64,000 bases of DNA. Source: Alphaproteobacteria bacterium (GTDB taxonomy: Bacteria; Pseudomonadota; Alphaproteobacteria; UBA7887). A model generated the notes under the pieces. That model saw only the letters and a list, made by a program, of their open reading frames with translations. It made no database searches and had not been told where the DNA came from. The DNA lies in assembly GCA_965216755.1 (NCBI GenBank), contig CBDCGL010000011.1, positions 4,032,001 to 4,096,000 of the forward strand. Direction: 5' to 3'. Both the position numbers and the translations under genes were made by a program. Shown here in pieces: positions 43,423-52,560 of this stretch (positions are counted from its first letter, which is position 1; each line of letters starts with the position of its first letter).

Positions 43423-44403
43423 TCAGTCGGCGCGGAAATCGGTTTGGTAAAGTTCGTCAAGCGCTGCGAGCGCCTCGGCGGGAAGCGGGCCCATATCGGC
43501 GGCGGCCAATGCTTCATCGAGATGGCGCAATTCGGCGAGCCCGATGACCACGCAGGCGATATTCGCATTGGCGAGGGCGAAGCGAACAGCGGTTTGTGCG
43601 CGGTTGCCGTAGCGGTCGCCAAGCGCGGCGAACACCGCGCGCGCCTTGCGCGCGTCTTCGGCCAAGGTCGTGTCTTTGGTGATCACCACTTCGCGACCGG
43701 TGAGTTGGTCACCCGCGAGCACGCTGGCCGCGAACACACGAATGTTCATGACGCCCATATCGTGGGCGTGACACGCGGCGATGATGCCGCCGAGATCGTG
43801 GCCGGTCCACGCCGCTGGCATGGCCCGCGCGGCACTCGGATTCAGCATATTGTGATAAACCTGGGCGGTATCGAAACGACCGCTGTCGATCACCGCCCGA
43901 CAGCTGGCCACGGCGCCCAGCGCCGTGATGCCGATATGGCGCGTCAGGCCCTGGTCGCGCATCCGGTCTAGCCCGTCAGCGGCGCCACCGGGACCCAGCA
44001 CATCGCCAACGCTGATCGCATCATGGCCGGTCTCGGCCTCGATGACATTGTGCAATTGCAGCAGATCGACAGAATCGCGTTGGAGCCGCCGCAGGCTCGC
44101 GCTCAGGCTCCGCTCGATCTGTCCGGCAATGTCGCCCATGCGCGTGACATCCAGGCGTACCTTGGTGGCGAGCAATGGTTGATTGTCCACCTCTTTGAGC
44201 AGCCAGCCAAGCGCCGTTTCCGACCTGCCGTCGCCGTAAGAAGGCGCGGTGTCGATGAAATTGATGCCACCGTCAAGCGCGCGGCGAATAGCCTCACGCT
44301 TCGTCGCGTCGTCCTGGTGGATCAGTATGCCGCCAACCCAACCGCCACCCAGGACCAGTTCCGAGACCTCGAAATTGGTGCGGCCCAACCGCCTGCGTCG
44401 CAT
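43423..44403 (-). CDS. Aldo/keto reductase
   Basis: IDTAPSYG, ATK, SLRRLQRDSVDLLQLH. Confidence 0.92.
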   Translation of the reverse strand: MRRRRLGRTNFEVSELVLGGGWVGGILIHQDDATKREAIRRALDGGINFIDTAPSYGDGRSETALGWLLKEVDNQPLLATKVRLDVTRMGDIAGQIERSLSASLRRLQRDSVDLLQLHNVIEAETGHDAISVGDVLGPGGAADGLDRMRDQGLTRHIGITALGAVASCRAVIDSGRFDTAQVYHNMLNPSAARAMPAAWTGHDLGGIIAACHAHDMGVMNIRVFAASVLAGDQLTGREVVITKDTTLAEDARKARAVFAALGDRYGNRAQTAVRFALANANIACVVIGLAELRHLDEALAAADMGPLPAEALAALDELYQTDFRAD

Positions 44404-44475
44404 TGCGCGCCTCCCTGCCGTACGTCTCGGTGAAAAGCATAACCGTTCTGCGGTAAGACCGGTAGCGACGCCGGC

Positions 44476-46287
44476 TCAACGCTGGCCCCGTTCTTCGGCG
44501 CGCAGTTGTTGTAGGACCTTGTTATAGGCTTCGATCACCGCGCGGTGATAGAGAACGCCGACAAGGCGATCGTCGTTTTGTCGGTCGACGACCGGCAAAT
44601 GCTGGTGTTCGGTACCGCCGAAGTGGGCCAGCGCGCGGTCCAGATCGTCGCTGATGTCAAGCACGGCGTCCACCGTTGCGCGCAAGTCTTTTGCGGTCAG
44701 ATCGGCGGATGCCGCCGGATCGAACAAGGCGCCGCGCATGGACCGAAACAGCAACACGCCCTGCAGCCGATTGTCCGAGTCGATGACATAGAAGTCGGTC
44801 TGCGGTGCGGTCCGAACCAGATCGCGAATTTGCTTGAGCGAGGCTGATTCATCGAGGGCATGAAACTGATCGCTAACCAGCGTGCCTATTGGAATTGAAC
44901 GACAGATGGCGCGCTCCTGACCGCGTGCCAGATCGACGCCCCGTCGTGCCAGCTGCCACGTGAAAAAAGAGTGATACAATGTTTGTCGAACAATTAATGA
45001 CGACACGGTCACGGCGGCCATGACGGCAATTGTCAACGTGTAGTCGCCGGTTAGCTCGAATATGATCAGGATCGTCGATATCGGCGCCCCCAAAACCGCG
45101 CCTGCCACTGCGCCCATACCGACGATGCTGTAGCTGTTCACGCTGACTCCGGTCTCGGGCACGATCGCCGCGGCGACCAGCCCGAAGGCGGCGCCGGTGA
45201 GCGCACCGATGCACAACGAAGGTGAAAACACACCGCCACCAAAGCCGGAGCCGAGGCTGATGCATGTGGCCGCGGTTTTTGCGATCACCAATCCAACCAA
45301 CAGCCATAAGCCGTAGCCGCCGCTGAGCGCCTGGTCGGTTGTCTCGTAGCCGACGCCAATCACCTCGGGTACAAAAGCCGCGATGGCGCCGACCAATAAG
45401 CCGCCGGCGGCCGGGTAAAAATAGGCCGGCACACGCACGCGTTTGACGGTCTCGCCCACCAATACGATACCCGCCATCATGCTGGCGGCGACCGCCGCGC
45501 ACAGCACGCCGAGCAAGAAATAGGCGGGCAATTCAGCAAATGTCACGATTTCGGCGCCCGGAACGATGAACGCCGGGAAATTGCCCAGATGGATGCGGGC
45601 GACGATGGTACCGATGACGCCGGCGATGACCACCGGCGCGAAGGTGCCAAGTGCGTAATGGCCGACCACGACCTCGAGTGCGAAAAACACGCCGGCAATG
45701 GGCGCGTTGAATGATGCCGCAACGCCACTGGCCACACCGCATCCGACCAGCGTAAGCGTATGGGCGCGGCCCAATCCAAGCCGACCCGCAACGCTGCTGG
45801 CCATGGTTGCTGCCAGATGGACAACCGGGCCTTCGCGACCGACAGAGGCGCCCGCGCCGATCGATGTCGCGCTGACCGCCGCGGCCGCGATGCCGTCGCG
45901 CAGGCGCATGCGGCCGTTCTTAATCGCGCAGGCTTCGATGACTTCGGCGACGCCTTGCGGGCGCTGCTCGGGCAAAAGGCGATAGACCGCGATACCAATC
46001 AGCAAACCGCCGGCGGCCGGCGCCAGCAGGCGGTGCCACCAGGCCAGGTCTTGGGCCATGGCAATGACCATCTCGGAACCGGAGCCGTAGAAAAAATACT
46101 GGGTGGCGTCAATGGCCAGCCGAAACCCAATCGCACCATAAGCAGCAATGGCACCGATCAATAGGGCCAAGACCGACAGCGCCCATTGATCGTGGCGAAC
46201 GAACTGCTGCCAGGCGTGGGCGATCGGTTTGTTGGGGCGGGGCGCCGCGGGCGGCGGACTCTTGGGTGGCGCCGCGCCCGCCATCAA
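44476..46287 (-). CDS. CLC chloride channel/antiporter with CBS domains
   Basis: GREGP, FNAPIAG..FALE, GGVFSP, C-terminal CBS pair. Confidence 0.92.
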   Translation of the reverse strand: MMAGAAPPKSPPPAAPRPNKPIAHAWQQFVRHDQWALSVLALLIGAIAAYGAIGFRLAIDATQYFFYGSGSEMVIAMAQDLAWWHRLLAPAAGGLLIGIAVYRLLPEQRPQGVAEVIEACAIKNGRMRLRDGIAAAAVSATSIGAGASVGREGPVVHLAATMASSVAGRLGLGRAHTLTLVGCGVASGVAASFNAPIAGVFFALEVVVGHYALGTFAPVVIAGVIGTIVARIHLGNFPAFIVPGAEIVTFAELPAYFLLGVLCAAVAASMMAGIVLVGETVKRVRVPAYFYPAAGGLLVGAIAAFVPEVIGVGYETTDQALSGGYGLWLLVGLVIAKTAATCISLGSGFGGGVFSPSLCIGALTGAAFGLVAAAIVPETGVSVNSYSIVGMGAVAGAVLGAPISTILIIFELTGDYTLTIAVMAAVTVSSLIVRQTLYHSFFTWQLARRGVDLARGQERAICRSIPIGTLVSDQFHALDESASLKQIRDLVRTAPQTDFYVIDSDNRLQGVLLFRSMRGALFDPAASADLTAKDLRATVDAVLDISDDLDRALAHFGGTEHQHLPVVDRQNDDRLVGVLYHRAVIEAYNKVLQQLRAEERGQR

Positions 46288-46302
46288 GCCCTACCGGGAC
46301 GA

Positions 46303-46755
46303 TCAGTCCGCGGATGTCTTGGCGGACTCGTCATCCGATTTTATTTGGTCGCCAGCAGCGGTCGAGTTGGGTGTGCCCTTGGGCTTGGTTGCGCGCGTGC
46401 GCCGCTTGGTCGTGCTGCGCGCGGCTTTCGCACGCGGCTTGGCGGGTTTCTTTTCGGGCGGCAATGGCGAAAATGGGAATGGCACCACATCGCTGGCATA
46501 GCTGACAAACGCCACAATTTGCCCAAAAAACGCGTTCGCCCGCTTGGCGAAGGCGTGCACATTGGCGTTCAGCTCGCCACTGATCCAATGGAGTATGAAC
46601 TGGACGACAGCGATCGCCGCGATGATCCACAGCGTCAAATCCGCGACGATGACAAAAATCACCATGAACAGCAGCCGCATCCAGCGCGACTCGCGATCGA
46701 TGGTCATGGCGCCGCTCGGCGCCTTGGTGGACTCATTGGAATTTGTGTCGGTCAT
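46303..46755 (-). CDS. DUF4389-family membrane protein
   Basis: WMRLLFM..VVQF..N..PFPF, followed by a low-complexity basic tail. Confidence 0.8.
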   Translation of the reverse strand: MTDTNSNESTKAPSGAMTIDRESRWMRLLFMVIFVIVADLTLWIIAAIAVVQFILHWISGELNANVHAFAKRANAFFGQIVAFVSYASDVVPFPFSPLPPEKKPAKPRAKAARSTTKRRTRATKPKGTPNSTAAGDQIKSDDESAKTSAD

Positions 46756-46924
46756 GGCCTTGCCCCCGCGACGCGGCCCGTGCGCGTGAAACCAATTTTG
46801 GACGGTAACCAGTTAAAGAGAATGGGGGCGTTGGCGGTCGGTTGCAAGCCGGTGGCAATTGTGCATCCGCGAAAATTCGCGGTTGCTTGCCCTCCAGGGG
46901 TTGAGGATGCGGGGTAGCGCGCCG

Positions 46925-47152
46925 CTAGACGATGATGTCGAGGAGCGCGTCGCTCATTTCGTCGGCAGTGCGGGCGACGGCGACATTGGCCTTGAAGGCG
47001 ACCTTTTGCAGCGTCAGGTCGACCAAGTTGCGGTCGAGCCCATCGATGCCGTTTTCGGCCACGGATTGGGCGATCCGGGCCGTTTCTTGGCCCGCTCTGT
47101 TCATGCCCTGGACCGCGTTGGTCAGGGCGCCGTGAATACCGGAAACTGCCAT
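46925..47152 (-). CDS. Small protein resembling flagellar rod/hook terminal (D0) helices
   Basis: AVQGM..IA N-terminus and LVDL..FKANVAVARTADEM..LLDI C-terminus, 75 aa. Confidence 0.7.
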   Translation of the reverse strand: MAVSGIHGALTNAVQGMNRAGQETARIAQSVAENGIDGLDRNLVDLTLQKVAFKANVAVARTADEMSDALLDIIV

Positions 47153-47219
47153 AATCGGTGCGCGCTCCTTTACCGGCACCCGTTTTACCGGATCGCGCTG
47201 CCGGCCACCGTGACGGCGG

Positions 47220-47753
47220 TCACGAGGCGCTGCGCTTTTGCGGAGTCAGGCCCATTTTCCTACTCAAATCGCGTGGTCGCGGCAGCTGTTCGTGGGCCGC
47301 TTTGATGCGCGCCAACCGCGCCAAAACCAGAGCCGGCATCGGCGCGGATCGCCGGCTCTCGGCGCCGACGTGAAGCAAAACCGCTTCCTTGGTTGCCGCC
47401 AAATAGCCTTGGTCAGCATGGTACATTTGATGAGCGTAATGGATACGTTTCTCATCAAAATCGAGAATATAACTATGAAAAACCATCGGATCGTCGCACA
47501 ACAGCTCGCGGCTATAGGTGACGTGGGCTTCGACGATAAAAATCATTCCGCCGCCGCGCGCAACATGGTCGTTGCCCAGGTCGATATGGTCGACCAAAGC
47601 GTCGGTGGCGTGGTCGAACGCGAGCACGTAATAGGCCACGTTCATGTGCCGATTGACATCGATCCAATCCCGGTGGACGCGTTCGCGGTGGAGTTTGAGG
47701 GGCGCCCCGACGGGATCGTCCGGGCCAAGGATGGCGATTGTGCTTTGCGTCAT
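47220..47753 (-). CDS. Hot-dog thioesterase (4HBT family)
   Basis: WIDVNRHMNVAYY, EAHVTY.RE. Confidence 0.88.
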   Translation of the reverse strand: MTQSTIAILGPDDPVGAPLKLHRERVHRDWIDVNRHMNVAYYVLAFDHATDALVDHIDLGNDHVARGGGMIFIVEAHVTYSRELLCDDPMVFHSYILDFDEKRIHYAHQMYHADQGYLAATKEAVLLHVGAESRRSAPMPALVLARLARIKAAHEQLPRPRDLSRKMGLTPQKRSAS

Positions 47754-47863
47754 GGGCCGGCATCATAACGGGCCGGTGCCTGAAGTCAGCTGCTTTGAGA
47801 AATCGGACTGCCCGGTGCACGGCCAACGGTCCGCCGCAAGCCCAGCAAATTGGAGCCCATATC

Positions 47864-49270
47864 ATGCCACATGCCGCGCCCGAACGGCGGTCACGCCTGG
47901 ATCCGGAAAGTCCCCTGATCGGCGAACTGAGAGCTCTGTTGGGCGATCGCCTTTCGACCTCGGCGGCCATTCGCGAACATCATGGCAAGGACGAGTCCTT
48001 TCACAAGCCCTTCAGCCCCGACGCGGTCGCCTTTGCGCGCGCGACCGACGAAGTCAGCGCCATCGTCAAATTGTGTGCAAAATTCGGCGTGCCCGTCATT
48101 CCTTACGGCACGGGCACGTCACTGGAAGGTCATGTCGCCGCGCTTCATGGTGGCATCTCGATTGACGTCAGCCAAATGACCGAAGTCTTGGCGGTTAATC
48201 CGGAGGATTTGGACTGCACGGTGCAAGCCGGCGTGACCCGCAAGCAATTGAACGAATATTTGCGCGACACGGGCCTGTTCTTTCCGGTTGATCCCGGTGC
48301 CGATGCCTCGATTGGGGGCATGACGGCCACCCGCGCCAGCGGCACCAACGCGGTCCGCTACGGCACCATGCGCGAGAATGTTCTGTCGTTAACTGTCGTG
48401 ATGGCCGATGGGCGCGTAATCCGAACCGCGCGCCGCAGTCGAAAATCGGCGGCGGGCTATGATTTAACGCGGCTTTTCGTCGGCTCCGAGGGCACGCTGG
48501 GTGTGATCACCGAGATTACGTTGCGCCTTTATGGGATTCCCGAGGCGATCAGTTCCGCCGTATGTTCCTATCCGTCCATTGACGATGCCGTCAATTGCGT
48601 GATCGCCACCATACAGATGGGCATTCCGGTCGCGCGGATAGAGTTGCTCGATGCCATTTCAATGGATGGCATCAATAAGTTCTCCAAAATGGACCATCAG
48701 GTCGCACCGACCCTGTTCTTTGAATTTCACGGCTCGGTAGCGGGCGTTGAGGAACAGTCGGAAACCGTACAAGCGCTGTCTCAAGAATTTGGCGGCGGCG
48801 ACTTTGCTTGGGCGACCCTGCCCGAGGACCGCACGCGGTTGTGGCAAGCCCGCCACGACGTCTACTATGCCATGATGGCCATTCGACCAGGCAGCAAGGG
48901 CATGGTAACCGATGTCTGTGTGCCGATTTCCCGGTTGGCCGAATGCATTCGCGAGACCGAGGCGGACAACGCCAAAGCATCATTCCCGGCGCCGATCGCC
49001 GGCCACGTCGGCGATGGAAATTTTCACGTTGGCTATTTGATCGACCCGGACAGCGAGAATGAAATTGCCGAGGCCGCGGCGCTGCACGACCGGTTGGTTG
49101 CCAGGGCACTCGCCATGGACGGCACCTGCACCGGCGAACATGGTGTTGGCTATGGCAAGATCGATTTCCTCATTGCCGAGTTCGGCGAGGGCGTCAGTGT
49201 CATGCGGGCGATCAAGCAGGCGCTCGACCCCGACAACATCATGAATCCCGGCAAGATCGTCAGGCTATAA
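47864..49270 (+). CDS. FAD-linked oxidase, D-lactate dehydrogenase (cytochrome)-like
   Basis: GTGTSLEG, DPGADAS, GSEGTLG, HVGDGNFH, GEHGVG, NPGK. Confidence 0.9.
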   Translation: MPHAAPERRSRLDPESPLIGELRALLGDRLSTSAAIREHHGKDESFHKPFSPDAVAFARATDEVSAIVKLCAKFGVPVIPYGTGTSLEGHVAALHGGISIDVSQMTEVLAVNPEDLDCTVQAGVTRKQLNEYLRDTGLFFPVDPGADASIGGMTATRASGTNAVRYGTMRENVLSLTVVMADGRVIRTARRSRKSAAGYDLTRLFVGSEGTLGVITEITLRLYGIPEAISSAVCSYPSIDDAVNCVIATIQMGIPVARIELLDAISMDGINKFSKMDHQVAPTLFFEFHGSVAGVEEQSETVQALSQEFGGGDFAWATLPEDRTRLWQARHDVYYAMMAIRPGSKGMVTDVCVPISRLAECIRETEADNAKASFPAPIAGHVGDGNFHVGYLIDPDSENEIAEAAALHDRLVARALAMDGTCTGEHGVGYGKIDFLIAEFGEGVSVMRAIKQALDPDNIMNPGKIVRL

Positions 49271-50059
49271 GGTCGCTCGCTCTCTGGACAAGTCGACGTA
49301 GGCATGCCACGTCGCGTAGCCGATCAAGGGTAGTGTGATAATTAATCCGACGAAAAACGTCACTAAACCAACAACGGTAAATACCACGATCAGCCCGGCC
49401 CACAGCACCATGGGCTGAACGTTGGCGCGCAGTGTTTGCACGCTGTTGGCGATAGCGGAGAACGCCGGCGTGCCGCGATCCAGTATCAATGGCAAAGAAA
49501 TGGCACCGACCGCAAAAACGATAGTCGCGAAAAGCGCACCAGCAGCCGTGCCCACGACCAACAGCGCGATCGTCTGGAACGACCAGAACGTATCAAGCTG
49601 AAAACTGTCGGTCGAAATCGCCAGGCTGCCGAACATCAGGGCGAATATCAGCGTGCCAACACGTAACCACACGAGCAAAAACAGCATCAAAATCATCGCG
49701 ACGATGCCGATTTGCGTCCCGTGACGACGCCAGGCAAAGAGCGCCAAGGACAATGAAACCGGTTCACCTTGTGCGAGACTGCGGCTGACATCGTACAGGC
49801 CGACAGCCAGAAATGGCCCGATTAACAAAAAACCGGCCAGCAGTGGCAGAAACAAATAGCCCCAGCCCTGCCTGAACAAAACCACTGTGAGTAGCACGCT
49901 GATCACGGAATACATGGCGCCATAGGTGACGCTGACGGTCGGCGCGCGCCGATAGTCTTGCCAGCCCTTGGCGAGCCATTCCCACGGACTATCGAGCGTG
50001 GCACGCGGCGTCGGAAGAGGTTCCGTTGTCCCAACGGAACCGGCTGAAGCGGCAACCAT
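49265..50059 (-). CDS. DUF2189-family membrane protein
   Basis: WLAKGWQD, GPFLAVGLYDVSR, PLIGYATWHAY. Confidence 0.85.
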   Translation of the reverse strand: MVAASAGSVGTTEPLPTPRATLDSPWEWLAKGWQDYRRAPTVSVTYGAMYSVISVLLTVVLFRQGWGYLFLPLLAGFLLIGPFLAVGLYDVSRSLAQGEPVSLSLALFAWRRHGTQIGIVAMILMLFLLVWLRVGTLIFALMFGSLAISTDSFQLDTFWSFQTIALLVVGTAAGALFATIVFAVGAISLPLILDRGTPAFSAIANSVQTLRANVQPMVLWAGLIVVFTVVGLVTFFVGLIITLPLIGYATWHAYVDLSRERATL

Positions 50060-50173
50060 GTCTACACTCCCGTATTTGACGCGTACAACCGCACGACCCA
50101 GATGCTTGATCAGGTCTTCTTCAATCGATCAATTGGGCTCAATGCGAACCAGTCTGCCCATACCGAAATCAAA

Positions 50174-51835
50174 CTATCCGATGGGACACACCAGGCCGCC
50201 CAAACGCTCGCTCAATTTTACGTTCTCACCATAGTCGACTGGCACCGCGATCAAAGCCGGACCTGTTTGTTTGAAAGCTTGTTCCAGGGCATCCGGAATT
50301 TGTCCGACGCCATCGATCGTTCGCCCCCAAATACCGAACGCTTTTGCGAGCACATCGAAATCCGGATTTGTGAACGCCAATGGCGAATGACGACCCTCGA
50401 ATTGGTTCTGCTGTTTCCATTTGATCAAGCCATATTCGCGATCGACCCACACCATGACCACAATGTTGAGCGAAAGCCTGGCCGCGGTTTCCAGTTCCTG
50501 CACATTCATGAGAAAACCGCCGTCGCCGCACAGCGCCAAGACCCGCCGCTCAGGGAACGCCATTTTGGCACCTATGGCGCCTGGCAAAGCGAAGCCCATC
50601 GAAGCAAATCCATTTGATATCAAACAGGTGTTTGGCATGTCGCATTGGTAATAGCGGGCCACCCACATCTTGTGGGCGCCGACATCGGATAGCAAAATGT
50701 CGTTGGGGCCCATCGCCCGACGAACGTCGTAGATGATTTTCTGCGGCTTGATCGGAAATGAATCGTCGTGCATTTCGGCATCGAAATCGGCGCGCATCGC
50801 ATCGCGTAGGGGGCCGTGAATGTCGATGTCGAACAAGGGCAGGCGGTCGCCATGATCGCGCTCTAAGGCCGTGTTGATTTGCCACAGCGCATCGGCAATG
50901 TCGGCGACGACCTCAACCGCGACCGGGTAGGCTTCATCAATTTCAGCAGGCGTGAAATCGATGTGGATCACCGGCTTGTGCGACTGGCGATTCCAATAGG
51001 ACGGGCCATACTCAACAATATCGTAGCCGACCGCGATCACCAGATCGGCGTCGTCGATCGCCAGGTTAACCAGATCGCCGCTTTGCAGGCCGATCGTATA
51101 CAAGCAATGCGGATCGTTGCGGGGCACCGCACCTTTGCCCATGAAAGTGTTCACGACCCCGATGCCGGTGCGTTTTGCCAAACGCTGCAACTGGTGCGCG
51201 GCGCGTTTTCGGATCGCGCCGTTGCCGGCCAGGATGATCGGCTTCGTGGCGTTTGTGATCGCCTTGACAGCCTGCTCAACCACCTTGTGATCGGCGGCCG
51301 CCCGTCGGGTGCGCGAGACCGGCAGCGGTTGCAATGAAACCTCTGCTTCGGCGAGGTCTTCGGGCAACTCGACCAAGACCGCGCCCGGCTTTTCGGCTTC
51401 GGCCAATTTGAACGCCTTGCGCACGATCTCTGGGATGGCGCCCGGGTGTCGGACCGATTGTGCCCATTTCGTGATCGGATCGAACATCGCCACCACGTCC
51501 ATATGTTGGTGGCTTTCTTTATGTGTGCGAAACGTTCCGGCTTGACCCGTAATGGCAACAACCGGCGCGCGGTCCATATTGGCATCGGCGATGCCAGTCA
51601 CCAGGTTCGTCGCCCCCGGTCCCAACGTGGCGAGGCAGACGCCAGCCTTGCCGGTCAGCCGGCCATAGGCGTCGGCAATAAACGCTGCGCCCTGTTCGTG
51701 GCGACACAGGACAAATGTGATCGGGCTGTCCTCCAACGACATCATGAGATCGGCGTTTTCTTCGCCCGGGACGCCGAAAATATGTGTGACGCCTTCGGCT
51801 TCAAGCGCGCGAACAAAAAGATCGGAGGCTTTCAT
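50174..51835 (-). CDS. Acetolactate synthase large subunit-like TPP enzyme
   Basis: FGVPGEEN, RHEQGAAF, TLGPGATN, SNGFASMG, GDGG. No small subunit adjacent. Confidence 0.9.
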   Translation of the reverse strand: MKASDLFVRALEAEGVTHIFGVPGEENADLMMSLEDSPITFVLCRHEQGAAFIADAYGRLTGKAGVCLATLGPGATNLVTGIADANMDRAPVVAITGQAGTFRTHKESHQHMDVVAMFDPITKWAQSVRHPGAIPEIVRKAFKLAEAEKPGAVLVELPEDLAEAEVSLQPLPVSRTRRAAADHKVVEQAVKAITNATKPIILAGNGAIRKRAAHQLQRLAKRTGIGVVNTFMGKGAVPRNDPHCLYTIGLQSGDLVNLAIDDADLVIAVGYDIVEYGPSYWNRQSHKPVIHIDFTPAEIDEAYPVAVEVVADIADALWQINTALERDHGDRLPLFDIDIHGPLRDAMRADFDAEMHDDSFPIKPQKIIYDVRRAMGPNDILLSDVGAHKMWVARYYQCDMPNTCLISNGFASMGFALPGAIGAKMAFPERRVLALCGDGGFLMNVQELETAARLSLNIVVMVWVDREYGLIKWKQQNQFEGRHSPLAFTNPDFDVLAKAFGIWGRTIDGVGQIPDALEQAFKQTGPALIAVPVDYGENVKLSERLGGLVCPIG

Positions 51836-52116
51836 GCGACCCTCCGAACACGCCGCGCGCGTGGTTTGACAGCGACCGCGATAAATCGTTCATCTGGGCA
51901 AGACATCGTCATGCAATTGTTTGTATAAGGGGGGCGACGGTCGGGCCCGTTATCGGCCGCGGGGTTGGGGGCATAGGCCGGCCATTGAGCGCTCTTGGGC
52001 GTACGCGGGTGGATGGCGATGTTTCGGAGGGCCATTTGCGCAGGCACATAGGATGGCAGTGATACGCAAGGTTGTGGCCGCGCGACCCGTAGTCGGTCGC
52101 CGAGACGCGCGAGACC

Positions 52117-52335
52117 CTAGCCGACGTCGGTTGGGCCATCGAGGGTTGTGCTTCCATCCCGCGCAGGCCGCCGCTTGCCGTCAAGCTCGGCCCTGGCGCG
52201 TTCCAACTCTTGCGCGGTTTGATTGCGCTCGGCTTTGGTGCGGCCGTGACGTATCCGGCTTTGCGACGCGCCTTGGGCCTTGCGCCCTTTTTCACACCGC
52301 TTGCGATAGTCATTGAGATTGACCACATCTGCCAT
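52117..52335 (-). CDS. DUF4169-family protein
   Basis: MADVVNL..RK..R..HGRTKAER..LDGKR. Confidence 0.8.
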   Translation of the reverse strand: MADVVNLNDYRKRCEKGRKAQGASQSRIRHGRTKAERNQTAQELERARAELDGKRRPARDGSTTLDGPTDVG

Positions 52336-52560
52336 GATTGGTTCCACGTTGAGTGCTATTTGCGGCCGGTCGCGTCGACTGTCGCTGGTGCCGCCCGCGT
52401 TCGACAACGGCATTTGCCAGGGTAGATTAGCCGAACTGGCGCGGTGTGCAACTGGGACCAAGCGTGCAACCGGCGCCAAGCGAACGGCGGGGCGACTGTC
52501 TCAGTCTAAGCGCTCGGTCGGGAATGGGCCGCTTGTCGTTCTTTTGCCAGGAAAAACGCT

